From assembly GCA_012271265.1 (NCBI GenBank), contig JAAXGQ010000015.1, positions 6,153 through 70,152 of the forward strand: a stretch of 64,000 bases of DNA. The letters run 5' to 3'. Each line of letters begins with the position of its first letter. Position 1 is the stretch's first letter. Shown here piece after piece: positions 55,659 through 64,000 of the stretch. The DNA is from Vicinamibacteraceae bacterium. GTDB taxonomy: Bacteria; Acidobacteriota; Vicinamibacteria; Marinacidobacterales; Marinacidobacteraceae. Under the pieces are notes generated by a model. That model made no database searches, was not told the DNA's origin, and was given only the letters and a program-made list of their open reading frames with translations. The translations under genes were made by a program, and so were the position numbers.

Positions 55659-55934
55659 ATGCGCCGTCGGGACTTCGCGGCGCTGGCGGCCTCGGGCGCG
55701 GCCGCCGCACTCTGGCAGCAGGCCTGTCGGGAGGTGGAGGACACGGGATCCCTCTCGGCGGCCACGGTGGGCACCCTCCTCGATCACCAGGGACCTCGCG
55801 GGATCTACGAGGATCCGGCGGAACTCGAGCGGCTGCGGCGGGCCGTCGAGAACATGGTCGGAGTGCAGCGGACGCTTCGGGACTTTCCCCTGGACCCCGA
55901 CGAGCCGCCGGCGACGATCTTCCCGAGGGGCTGA
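55659..55934 (+). CDS. small twin-arginine-signal protein (91 aa), putative Tat-partner subunit for the downstream amidase
   Basis: MRRRDFAALAASGAAAALW carries an RRxF Tat motif. Its stop lies 4 nt before the amidase start, and the amidase itself has no signal peptide. Confidence 0.5.
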   Translation: MRRRDFAALAASGAAAALWQQACREVEDTGSLSAATVGTLLDHQGPRGIYEDPAELERLRRAVENMVGVQRTLRDFPLDPDEPPATIFPRG

Positions 55935-55937
55935 GCC

Positions 55938-57407
55938 TTGGAAGAATCCGACCTGTTCCGGACGGTCGCGGAACTGGCGGCGGGGCTGCGCGACGGGTCC
56001 TTCCGTTCCGTCGAGCTGACCGAGGCGTATCTCGATCGGGCGGAGGAACTCGATGTCCCTCCCTTCGATCTGCCGAGCGAGCCCCGCGAAGACCACGGCG
56101 GCAAGCTGGCCACGATGGTCACGATCGCGCGCGACCACGCTCTCGAAGCAGCGGAGCGCGCCGACCGTGAGCTTGCCGCCGGGCAGGCGCGAAGCCTCCT
56201 CCACGGAATCCCCTACGGAGTCAAGGACCTGCTCGACACCCGGGACATCCGCACGACGTGGGGATCCGGCATCTTCCGGGACCGTATACCAGACCGAAAC
56301 GCCGCGGTCGTGGATCGGCTCGAAGAGGCCGGCGCCGTGATGATGGCCAAGAACTCTCTCGGGGAGTTCGCCGGCGGCAACACCAGCTCGGCGCTGAACC
56401 CCTGGAAGCTGGACCGGACCAGCTTCGGGTCGTCGAGCGGGACCGTCTCCGCGGCGGTCGCCGGCCTCATCGGGTTCGGGATCGGGACGGAGACCGGCGG
56501 CTCCATCGTCTTTCCCGCGTCCGCGGTCGGAGCGTCCGGACTCCGGCCGACCTTTGGGCGGGTGAGCCGGTTCGGGTGCATGGCGCTTTCCTGGAGCCTC
56601 GACAAGATCGGGCCGGTGGGGCGCTCCGCCGAGGACTGCGGGCACGTGCTCGAGATCATCGCCGGGAGGGATCCCCGAGACACCTCGACCGCCGACCGGC
56701 CCTTTGTCTTCCGGGCCGATCCCGGAGCGATGCGGGGCCGGCGGCTGGGAGTGCACCGGGCCGAGTTCCTGCTGTCGCAGTCGGAGACGACCCGCCGGGT
56801 GTTCCAGGAGGCGCTGGATGCCTTCGCCGCGATGGGCGTGGAGATCGAGGACATCGAGCTGCCGCGCTTTCCGACCGGAGCGCTCTTCACCACGATCGTC
56901 ACCGTCGAGAGCGGCACGAACTTCCGCTCGCTGTTCGACGACGGACGCGCAGCGGAGATGTTCTCGTTCAACGAGGACCGGCGGGCCGGCTGGATGGCGG
57001 GCCGGATGCTGCCGGCGGCGGACTACCTCACCGCCCAGCGGATCCGCAACCAGCTCGTCCGGGAGGCTGACGAGATCCTCTCCCGCTACGACGCGGTGAT
57101 CGCCCCAACCTGGCCAAACGGGGCGGCGCTCCGGGTGGTGCGGGACGGGTGGCCGATCCCGGCGCGCGACGAGTGGGAGCCGCCGGACGAGGTGAGCGGG
57201 GCGACGCCGCGGCTCAACTACATCGCGAACCTGGTCGGGCACCCCGGCCTCGCTATCCCGTGCGGGTTCGACGAGGACGGGCTCCCGCTTTCTCTCCAGA
57301 TCGTCGGCTCCCCGATGGATGACCAGGCAGTGCTGGACTTCGGCATGGCGTTCCAGCGCGAAACCGACTGGCACCGGCGCCGCCCCTCGTTCCCGTGGCG
57401 GGAATGA
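55938..57407 (+). CDS. amidase-signature (AS) family amidase
   Basis: GIPYGVKDLLDTRDIRTTWGS and the Gly/Ser-rich AS motif GGSSSGTVSAAVAGLIGFGIGTETGGSI with the Ser-cisSer-Lys catalytic arrangement. TTG start at 55938. Confidence 0.85.
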   Translation: MEESDLFRTVAELAAGLRDGSFRSVELTEAYLDRAEELDVPPFDLPSEPREDHGGKLATMVTIARDHALEAAERADRELAAGQARSLLHGIPYGVKDLLDTRDIRTTWGSGIFRDRIPDRNAAVVDRLEEAGAVMMAKNSLGEFAGGNTSSALNPWKLDRTSFGSSSGTVSAAVAGLIGFGIGTETGGSIVFPASAVGASGLRPTFGRVSRFGCMALSWSLDKIGPVGRSAEDCGHVLEIIAGRDPRDTSTADRPFVFRADPGAMRGRRLGVHRAEFLLSQSETTRRVFQEALDAFAAMGVEIEDIELPRFPTGALFTTIVTVESGTNFRSLFDDGRAAEMFSFNEDRRAGWMAGRMLPAADYLTAQRIRNQLVREADEILSRYDAVIAPTWPNGAALRVVRDGWPIPARDEWEPPDEVSGATPRLNYIANLVGHPGLAIPCGFDEDGLPLSLQIVGSPMDDQAVLDFGMAFQRETDWHRRRPSFPWRE

Positions 57408-57916
57408 AGAGCGCGGCCCCATCCGGGACGCGGCGGCTCGCGACGGCGGCGGTGCTCGGCTGTTACACGCTGCTGCTGGGCCTCATCGCCCTCAACAACA
57501 TCACCGATCCGGGGACCAACTGGCCCTTCGTCCAGCACGTGCTGGCGATGGACACCACCTTCGAGAGTCCACGGCTGACGTGGCGGGCGATCACGAACCC
57601 GATGCTGCAGGGGCTGGCCTACGCGGCGATCATCGCGACGCAGGCGGTCGCCGCCGGCCTGTGCGCGGTGGGGTTCGTCCGTCTCCTGCGACGGCGCGCG
57701 AGGCCCGGCGGCGAGTTCGAACGCGCCAAACGCGCGGCGATCCTGGGCGTCACGCTGTCGCTCGTCCTCTGGCTGGGGGGTTTCCTGGCCATCGGGGCCG
57801 AGTGGTTCGCGATGTGGCAATCGGAACGCTGGAACAGCTCCGAACCGGCGACCCGCTATCTGATCGCCGGCGGGATCGCCCTGCTGCTCCTCTTCCAGCG
57901 CGACGACCGCGCCTGA
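57404..57916 (+). CDS. DUF2165-like small integral membrane protein
   Basis: About 170 aa with 4 TM helices; its ATG overlaps the amidase stop (ATGA). Confidence 0.55.
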   Translation: MKSAAPSGTRRLATAAVLGCYTLLLGLIALNNITDPGTNWPFVQHVLAMDTTFESPRLTWRAITNPMLQGLAYAAIIATQAVAAGLCAVGFVRLLRRRARPGGEFERAKRAAILGVTLSLVLWLGGFLAIGAEWFAMWQSERWNSSEPATRYLIAGGIALLLLFQRDDRA

Positions 57917-57989
57917 GGCGCGGCCGGCTGCCGGTTGCACTCGTGCCGGATCAGGTCATAGGCTCCGGCGCGATCAGGAAGAGAGTCCC

Positions 57990-59315
57990 ATGACCGGACC
58001 GAAGGACGGGTTCACCCGGCGCGAGCTGTTGGCCGGCGCGGCCGGGTTTTCGCTGGCCTGCGCGGCTCGCTCGGCGAGCGAGCCCGAGTTCGACCTGCTG
58101 CTCCAGGGCGGCCACCTGATCGATCCCCGAAACGGGTTGAGCGCGGTCCGCGACGTGGCCGTGCACGAAGGCAGAGTGGCCGCGGTCGGGGAGGTCATCG
58201 ACCCCGGCCGGGCCTTCAAGGTCGTGAACTGCGAGGGGCTCCACGTCACGCCGGGGTTGTTCGACATGCACGTCCATGTGTTCGCGGGGACCAACGAACC
58301 GGGATCGCTGGTCGGCGACAGCAGCCTCTATCCGGACGGCCACACCTTCCACTCGGGCGTCACAACCGTTCTCGACGCCGGGTGCGCTGGCTGGCGGGAC
58401 TTCGAGGTCTTCCGGGAGACCGTCATCAGCCGCGCCCGGACGCGCGTGCTGGCGCTCCTCAACATCGTCGGCCGCGGGATGCGGGGCGGAGAGATCGAGC
58501 AGAACCGGAGCGACATGGAGGCCGCGCCGACCGCGGCTCTCGCGCGCGATCACGCCGATGTCATCGTCGGAATCAAGACCGCTCACTACGCGGCCCCGGA
58601 CTGGTTTGCGGTGGACGAATCGCTTCGGGCCGGAGACGCGGCGGGGCTTCCCCTGATGGTGGACTTCGGGGACGATCACCCGGAGCGCCCGCTCGAAGCC
58701 CTGCTCGGTGAGAAGCTCCGTCGGGGAGACATCTACACCCACTGTTACGCGGGGAACCGACGCGAGCTGCTCGCGGATGGCACGCCGAACCCGGGCCTCT
58801 TCGCCGGCCGCGAACGAGGCGTGCTCTTCGATGTGGGGCACGGCGGCCGCAGCTTCCGGTGGAGCGTGGCGGCGCGCTGTCTCGAAGCCGGTCTCCCGCC
58901 GGACGCGATTTCGACGGACCTCCACATCGGGTCGATGAACTCCGGCATGCACGATCAGATCACGACCATGAGCAAGTTCCTGGCGCTCGGGGAGACCCTG
59001 GAAGATGTGATCGCGCAATCCACCTGGAAGCCGGCCCTCGCTGTCGGACGCGAAGACATCGGACACCTGTCGGTCGGCGCGACAGCGGACATCGCGGTGC
59101 TCCAGAAAGAGACCGGCAACTTCGGTTACGTGGACAGCTTCGGCGCGCGCCAGGCCGGATCCGAACGACTGGCGGCGGAAATGACGTTCAAGGACGGCCG
59201 GCTCGAGTGGGACCGAAACGGGCGAGCCCGTGGGGACTGGCGCGAGCTCCCGCACGATTACGGAGAGCAGGGCGACGCGCGCTGGGACGGCATCCTCTAC
59301 CGCCAACGTTCGTAA
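57990..59315 (+). CDS. amidohydrolase-superfamily metallo-hydrolase (dihydroorotase/deacetylase-like) with Tat signal
   Basis: Tat motif TRRELLAGAAGFSLACA; GLFDMHVHVF (HxH) and further His/Asp ligands (DFGDDH, FDVGHGG). Confidence 0.78.
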   Translation: MTGPKDGFTRRELLAGAAGFSLACAARSASEPEFDLLLQGGHLIDPRNGLSAVRDVAVHEGRVAAVGEVIDPGRAFKVVNCEGLHVTPGLFDMHVHVFAGTNEPGSLVGDSSLYPDGHTFHSGVTTVLDAGCAGWRDFEVFRETVISRARTRVLALLNIVGRGMRGGEIEQNRSDMEAAPTAALARDHADVIVGIKTAHYAAPDWFAVDESLRAGDAAGLPLMVDFGDDHPERPLEALLGEKLRRGDIYTHCYAGNRRELLADGTPNPGLFAGRERGVLFDVGHGGRSFRWSVAARCLEAGLPPDAISTDLHIGSMNSGMHDQITTMSKFLALGETLEDVIAQSTWKPALAVGREDIGHLSVGATADIAVLQKETGNFGYVDSFGARQAGSERLAAEMTFKDGRLEWDRNGRARGDWRELPHDYGEQGDARWDGILYRQRS

Positions 59316-59331
59316 AGGGGAGGACGGAAAC

Positions 59332-60531
59332 ATGCCTGTGAAGATGACCCGGCGGCGCGTGCTGCAAGGCGGCGCCTCCGCCGCGGTGCTTGGAGCCGCG
59401 GCCTGCGGATCCGGGTCCGGGCCCGACGCCCCCGCAGCGCCGGAGGAGGTCTACCGGCGGCTGGGAATCGAGCCGGTGATCAACGGCATCGGCACGGTGA
59501 CAGTCCTGGGCGGGTCCATCATGCCGCCCGAAGTCACCGACGCCATGGTCGGGGCGTCCCGCAGCTTCGTGCCGCTTCCCGAGCTCCAGGAACGGGCGGG
59601 CGACCACATTGCCCGGCTGATCGGGGCGCCGGCCGCCATGATCTCGGCCGGGGCCGCCTCCGCGATGACCTGCGGGACTGCGGCGGCGATCGCCGGCGAC
59701 GACGACGGGAGGCTGCGGATGCTTCCGAACACCACGGGGATGAAGAACGAAGTGATCCAGCAGCGGGCCCACCTCACCGGCTACCAGGCCCAGATGGAAC
59801 TCGTTGGGGCGAAGATCGTCTGGGTGGAGACCCGCGGGGAACTGGAAGCGGCGATCAACGAGCGGACGGCCATGATGTTCTTTCTGAACTTCGCCGACCC
59901 TCGGGGCGAGATCGGCCGCGCCGAGTGGATCGAGGTGGCGCGGGCGCACGGCGTGCCCACCATGAACGACGCCGCCGCCGACATCCCGCCTCCGGAGCGT
60001 CTCCGCACCTACGTCGAAGAGGGGTTCGACATGGTCGCCTTCTCGGGTGGCAAGGGCCTCCGCGGCCCGCAGGCAACGGGACTCCTGCTCGGACGCCCCG
60101 ATCTGATCCAGGCTGCGCGCAGGGCGATCAGCCCGTTCGGCGGTATCGGCCGCGGCATGAAGGTGGGCAAGGAGGAGATCGTCGGCCTGGTGGCGGCGGT
60201 CGAGCGCTACGTCTCCCTCGACCACGACGCGGAGCGGCGCGAACTGGACGCTCGCGCCGCGTTGATTTCGGGGGTCCTGGGGAGCGTGAGCGGCGTCTCC
60301 CTCGAGACCCACGTGCCGGAGATCGCCAACCACGTCCCCCACGTGGTGGTGAGCTGGAGCGAGGGCGATCTGGGCGTGACGTCGGAAGAGGCGGTCGCCC
60401 GACTTCTGGAAGGGGATCCGCCGATCGCGGTCTCCCGTTCGGGAGAAGGACAGCTCCGCATCTCGACGTGGATGCTCCGTTCCGGCGAGGACGCGGTGGT
60501 CGCCGAGCGGGTCAAGGCCCTGCTCGGATAA
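59332..60531 (+). CDS. SelA-like / DgaE-family PLP-dependent enzyme with Tat/lipoprotein signal
   Basis: MTRRRVLQGGASAAVLGAAACGS combines a Tat motif and a lipobox. GIEPVINGIGTVTVLGGSIMPPEV and VAFSGGKGLRGPQATGLL (PLP Lys) are typical of the SelA-like DgaE (glucosaminate-6-P ammonia-lyase) family. Confidence 0.72.
   Translation: MPVKMTRRRVLQGGASAAVLGAAACGSGSGPDAPAAPEEVYRRLGIEPVINGIGTVTVLGGSIMPPEVTDAMVGASRSFVPLPELQERAGDHIARLIGAPAAMISAGAASAMTCGTAAAIAGDDDGRLRMLPNTTGMKNEVIQQRAHLTGYQAQMELVGAKIVWVETRGELEAAINERTAMMFFLNFADPRGEIGRAEWIEVARAHGVPTMNDAAADIPPPERLRTYVEEGFDMVAFSGGKGLRGPQATGLLLGRPDLIQAARRAISPFGGIGRGMKVGKEEIVGLVAAVERYVSLDHDAERRELDARAALISGVLGSVSGVSLETHVPEIANHVPHVVVSWSEGDLGVTSEEAVARLLEGDPPIAVSRSGEGQLRISTWMLRSGEDAVVAERVKALLG
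60431..60531. repeat. direct repeat A': intact 3' end of the SelA-like gene, duplicated after the second insertion
   Basis: tctcccgttcgggagaaggacagctccgcatctcgacgtggatgc...gagcgggtcaaggccctgctcggataa is about 85% identical to 61991-62090. Confidence 0.8.
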
Positions 60532-60694
60532 GGACGGAGCGCCGGTCCCGTCGAGCCGACCCTTCGAGGTCCGGCGTGTTCCTTGATGTGGACCGGCGGC
60601 TTGCGGTGGGCGCCACCCTCGGCCGGCCGGGCTGAAGACGGGCGCTCCTGCGGACGCTCCCGACGTTGGGAACGCCACCGAGTGCACGGAATGT

Positions 60695-60719
60695 CGTCAT
60701 TTTACGGCGTAAAATGACG
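60695..60719. promoter_or_regulatory. 25-bp perfect palindrome CGTCATTTTACG-G-CGTAAAATGACG immediately upstream of the AAA+/DUF4143 gene
   Basis: Read directly from sequence. It is AT-rich relative to background and lies 2-17 nt before the candidate starts (GTG 60722 / ATG 60737). Confidence 0.6.
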
Positions 60720-60721
60720 GG

Positions 60722-61885
60722 GTGCTCTACAAAAGGATGACGCGTGTTCCGCGCCAGAGTTTCTTCCTGTTCGGGGTTCGCGGCGTAGGCAAGAGCACCT
60801 GGGCCCGGAAGATGCTGCCCGATGCGCAGCACTTCGACCTCCTCGACGAGCGGTTGTTTCACGACCTCCTGGCGGACCTCGGACTGTTCGCCCGGCTCGC
60901 GCGCGCCTCGCCGCCGCAGCGGTGGATCGTGGTGGACGAGGTGCAGCGGCTGCCCCCGCTCCTGAACGAGGTCCACCGGCTCATCGCGGAGGGCCGGCGG
61001 GTCGCGCTTCTCGGATCGAGCGCCCGAAAGCTGCGGGCCGCCGGGGTGAACCTGCTCGCCGGGAGGGCGCTCTGGAAGCAGATGTTCCCCCTTCTCCCGG
61101 AGGAGCTGGCGGGGGACTTCCGGGTGGAGGAAGTCCTTCGGCACGGCTCGATCCCGGTCGTGTGGACGGCCGACGACCGGGCGGAGACGCTGGAAAGCTA
61201 CGTGCGGCTCTACCTGCGGGAAGAGATCCGGGCGGAATCGAGCCTCCGGAACCTCCCCGCCTTCGCGCGCTTCCTGCCGGTGGCGGCGGTGAGGCATGGC
61301 CAGAAGGTGAACGTCGCGGGGCTCTCCCGGGATGCGGGAGTCGCCCGGACCACGGTCTCGGGTTATCTCGAGGTGCTCGAAGACACGCTCGTGGCCTGGC
61401 GCCTCCCGGCCTTCGAGGCGAAGCTGCGGGTCCGGGAACGCCGCAAGCCCAAGCTCTACTGGGTGGACCCCGGTCTGGTGCGGGCGGCCCGCCGCCGGCT
61501 CGGTCCGGTGGGGAGCGAGGAACGGGGCCCACTCTTCGAGGGCTGGGTGCTCGGTCTGCTGCGGGCGTGCCGGGAGCGGGAGCGCCTCTACGACGACCTC
61601 CGCTACTGGGCCGCCGCCGGCTCCCGCATCGAAGTGGACGCGGTGCTGCTCCGCGGCAGCGAGCGCCTCGCCATCGAGGTCAAGGCCGCGCGGCGGTTCC
61701 ACTCTTCGCAGGTCCGCGGCCTCCAGGCGATTTCCGAACTGCCGGGGCTGGTGCGGCGGGTGCTCGTGTACATGGGAGACCACCGTTTCCGGACGCCCGG
61801 AGGCATCGAGGTCTGGCCGGTCCGCGACTTCACCGGCGCGCTGGAAACGAACACCCTCTGGCCCTCTTCCGGCCGCGGCGGGTGA
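60722..61885 (+). CDS. AAA+ ATPase with DUF4143 C-terminal domain
   Basis: Walker A FGVRGVGKST, Walker B WIVVDEVQRL, and a C-terminal DUF4143-like region (restriction-endonuclease-like fold in this family). Confidence 0.75.
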   Translation: MLYKRMTRVPRQSFFLFGVRGVGKSTWARKMLPDAQHFDLLDERLFHDLLADLGLFARLARASPPQRWIVVDEVQRLPPLLNEVHRLIAEGRRVALLGSSARKLRAAGVNLLAGRALWKQMFPLLPEELAGDFRVEEVLRHGSIPVVWTADDRAETLESYVRLYLREEIRAESSLRNLPAFARFLPVAAVRHGQKVNVAGLSRDAGVARTTVSGYLEVLEDTLVAWRLPAFEAKLRVRERRKPKLYWVDPGLVRAARRRLGPVGSEERGPLFEGWVLGLLRACRERERLYDDLRYWAAAGSRIEVDAVLLRGSERLAIEVKAARRFHSSQVRGLQAISELPGLVRRVLVYMGDHRFRTPGGIEVWPVRDFTGALETNTLWPSSGRGG

Positions 61886-61990
61886 CCCCCGGCTGAGGGA
61901 CGAGGATCGCGGTCCCTTTGGGGCCCTCAGTCCCCCTCCCGCCGGGCTTCGTCGAGCCCACACTCGCAGCCAGGAAAGCGAGGAGAGCAG

Positions 61991-62090
61991 TCTCCCGTTC
62001 GGGAGAAGGGCCGCTCCGCATCTCGACCTGGATGCCGCTCCCGGTGAGGACGGCGTGGTGGCGGAGCGGGTGCAGTCGCTCTTCGTCTGA
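61991..62090. repeat. direct repeat B': displaced copy of the SelA-like gene 3' end (right boundary of the second insertion)
   Basis: tctcccgttcgggagaagggccgctccgcatctcgacctggatgc...gagcgggtgcagtcgctcttcgtctga, encoding ..RISTWMP..VAERVQSLFV*. Confidence 0.8.
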
Positions 62091-62125
62091 GCCCAGGCGC
62101 GCGGAGAGGGCGTCGCCGGACTGCT

Positions 62126-62518
62126 CTATCCATTCGACGCCTCGTTCAGGGCGCCACCCACCTGCCCCAACAGCGACTCGATGGCGGCGAGCGGCTCGGC
62201 GCGACGTACAGGACCGTCGTCAGGGTTCACACCTTCATAGCGGAACGTCACCGCGTACGGAGTGTAGGCGGCGAGCTGTCGGAAGGAGTCCACGTCCACA
62301 CCACGGGTCGTGAGCAGGTCGAGCAGCGCCGCGATGTCGTGGGTGAGCGGATAGGTCTCGCCCAGAACGGCGATCCACGCCTTCAGCCCCTTCTCCGCAG
62401 CCTGTTGCACGTGGAACCCGAACACTTCATCCGACCCCCGATCGCCCATCAGCCGCAGCGCCTCGAGATCCCGTCCTGCAGCTTCGAGCAGCATGCGGGC
62501 ACACTTAGGGTCGCTCAT
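62126..62518 (-). CDS. HEPN-domain protein (toxin component of a HEPN-MNT module)
   Basis: 130 aa; helical HEPN fold with an R-x4-6-H-like region (RYEGVNP...) and a HEPN-like N-terminus; its start overlaps the MNT stop. Confidence 0.65.
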   Translation of the reverse strand: MSDPKCARMLLEAAGRDLEALRLMGDRGSDEVFGFHVQQAAEKGLKAWIAVLGETYPLTHDIAALLDLLTTRGVDVDSFRQLAAYTPYAVTFRYEGVNPDDGPVRRAEPLAAIESLLGQVGGALNEASNG

Positions 62519-62861
62519 AGAGCACCCTTCCCTCCCTCAGAGCGCGAGCGAGCACATGATTCAGGGAGTCCCGCCAGTACTCCACATCCTCCTGCGAGTA
62601 GACCAGCAAGTCGGCAGGCACACGAAAACCGCTCAGGAGCCCGTAGAGGCGCGCCATCTCACGCCGGCGGCTCCGTCCCGGTCCGAAGGGTTCGGCCTCG
62701 ATCACGATCAGATCCACGTCCGAATGGTCGTGATGGTCGCCGCGCCCCCGCGATCCGAACAGAATCACCTGCTCGGGGTCCACTTCGTCGACGATGGTCC
62801 GCACCATGCGGTCCAGCAGGTCTTCGGTAATCGCCGTGACGAGGTGGAAAGCCTGCTTCAT
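62505..62861 (-). CDS. minimal nucleotidyltransferase (MNT) domain protein
   Basis: GSRGRGDHHDHSDVDL is the G[SG]x9-13DhD polymerase-beta-type NTase motif; likely Met start at 62861. Confidence 0.7.
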   Translation of the reverse strand: MKQAFHLVTAITEDLLDRMVRTIVDEVDPEQVILFGSRGRGDHHDHSDVDLIVIEAEPFGPGRSRRREMARLYGLLSGFRVPADLLVYSQEDVEYWRDSLNHVLARALREGRVLYERP

Positions 62862-62966
62862 CCCGATGGACCGTCGGTTCCCGTCACCCTCACCGTAGGA
62901 CAACGCGAGGACAGCGAGTCGGGGAGGCGGTGCGGCTGCACCCGGTCGCCATGCCCCACGTGGTGG

Positions 62967-64000
62967 TCAGGAGCCGCCCGAGGTCCGCTGGATGAACCCG
63001 CCGACGTCCTCCCGCCACTGCGGCAGCAGCGATTCCTCGACGTACATCATGTGGCCGGCGGCGAAGTCGGCCCGTTCGATGTTGGACCGGAGCTCCGGCG
63101 GGAGGCCCATCTGCTCCACGGACCACATCGCGGCGAAGTAGGGGGTGGCGAGGTCGTAGATCCCGTTGACCAGCAGGACCTTCAGGTCGGGGTTCCGCTT
63201 CATGGCCTGCGCGAGGTCGGGCGCCACGTTGGGCGTCCCGCCGCCCCGGGCGAAGAAACCTCCGCCGCCCAGCCGGCCCCAGTTCCAGTTCCGGGTGGCG
63301 CCGCTGGGCACGTACTCCCGGTCACCGTCGTAGCCGAGTTCACCGCGCAGGTAGCTGTTGAACGCCGAGGTGTAGGCCGAGCTGATCGCGGTGGACTGGG
63401 GGTCATGCGAAGGACGGCCGCCCAGCACGTCGCCCGCGGGTCCGGTGAAGCGGGCGTCGAGCCGTCCCACGATGCGTCCCTCGTCGCGGAGCAGCTCGGC
63501 CTCGAAGGCAGGAGCGGTCACGCGGAGGTTCGACTTGTCGATGAAGTCCCTGCCGAGGCCGGTGTAGAGGTGCATCTGGTCGATCACCCGGGCGCGCTTC
63601 TCCGGATCGAGGGTGGTGCCGGCGAGGAGCGCCGTCGCGTACTCGTTCAGCGACCACGCCTCCACTTCGGCCATGAAGGCGTCCAGGTCGTCGGGAGACC
63701 CGCCGGGGAGGCGGTCCAGGTAGCGCGCGGTGATGGCGTAGGACGGAAGGTTGACGATGTAGGGGATGTCGTCACCGGGCGCGAACTGGATGGTGTTGAA
63801 CTGGAGGACCACCGAGACGAGCACGATGCCGTTCAGGTCGATGTTGGCGCGCTGCAGATGTCGGGCGAGGACCGCGGAGCGGGTCGTCCCGTAGCTTTCG
63901 CCGAGCAGATACCGCGGCGAGTTCCAGCGGTCGTACTCGCTCAGAAAGCGCCGGACGAATTGCGCGAGCGAACGGGCGTCCTCGTCGATGCCCCAGTAGT
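62967..64000 (-). CDS. S10-family serine carboxypeptidase (C-terminal part; gene continues past window end)
   Basis: Translation upstream of the listed Met continues in frame to the window edge and contains GESYG (S10 catalytic-Ser motif), then later D and H regions (..DLATPY.., ..AGHMMY). Confidence 0.72.
   Translation of the reverse strand, partial: YWGIDEDARSLAQFVRRFLSEYDRWNSPRYLLGESYGTTRSAVLARHLQRANIDLNGIVLVSVVLQFNTIQFAPGDDIPYIVNLPSYAITARYLDRLPGGSPDDLDAFMAEVEAWSLNEYATALLAGTTLDPEKRARVIDQMHLYTGLGRDFIDKSNLRVTAPAFEAELLRDEGRIVGRLDARFTGPAGDVLGGRPSHDPQSTAISSAYTSAFNSYLRGELGYDGDREYVPSGATRNWNWGRLGGGGFFARGGGTPNVAPDLAQAMKRNPDLKVLLVNGIYDLATPYFAAMWSVEQMGLPPELRSNIERADFAAGHMMYVEESLLPQWREDVGGFIQRTSGGS

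Overview
High-GC (about 70%) bacterial chromosomal segment. Gene content (GWxTD-domain proteins, TonB-dependent receptors with carboxypeptidase-regulatory-like N-termini, Tat-exported hydrolases) suggests a Gemmatimonadota/Acidobacteriota-like organism. The first 24 kb is conserved housekeeping synteny on the minus strand (radA, dnaB, rplI-rpsR-rpsF, pth-rplY-prs, tRNA-Gln, ispE, a LolB-like lipoprotein, a TPR protein, purH), then selA, thiS-thiG, nth, an LLM oxidoreductase, dapF, a NADH-oxidoreductase::SelD fusion, and periplasmic serine-hydrolase and PQQ dehydrogenases. From about 25.3 to 29.6 kb lies a small accessory/defense island. Its first part is a translationally coupled two-gene cassette, a Schlafen/AlbA_2-HATPase_c_4 protein plus a ParA/MinD-like ATPase. 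The cassette is flanked by about 130-bp direct repeats that duplicate the 3' end of an HD-domain gene. It is followed by mazEF behind an AT-rich palindromic operator, an orphan McrC-like PD-(D/E)xK nuclease and a degraded RHH antitoxin. A second insertion with the same signature (about 100-bp duplication of the 3' end of a SelA-like gene, with a 25-bp perfect palindrome) carries an AAA+/DUF4143 ATPase next to a HEPN-MNT pair. The middle of the window is a nutrient-uptake and periplasmic-processing locus: M14 carboxypeptidase, two TonB-dependent receptors, tandem amidohydrolases, PQQ dehydrogenases, two GWxTD/TPR proteins, CRTAC1/ASPIC-UnbV, and a Tat-exported PatB C-S lyase, small Tat partner, amidase, amidohydrolase and SelA-like PLP enzyme. 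This locus shows a segmental duplication with reciprocal gene decay. A family of GC-rich MITE/REP-like palindromic repeats (core GCCGGCG-AGGA-CGCCGGC) occurs as a 54-bp tandem array directly upstream of selA, as five tandem about 210-bp units that replaced a PQQ-dehydrogenase gene, and as solo copies elsewhere. No integrase, transposase, CRISPR array, selB or tRNA-Sec was found.
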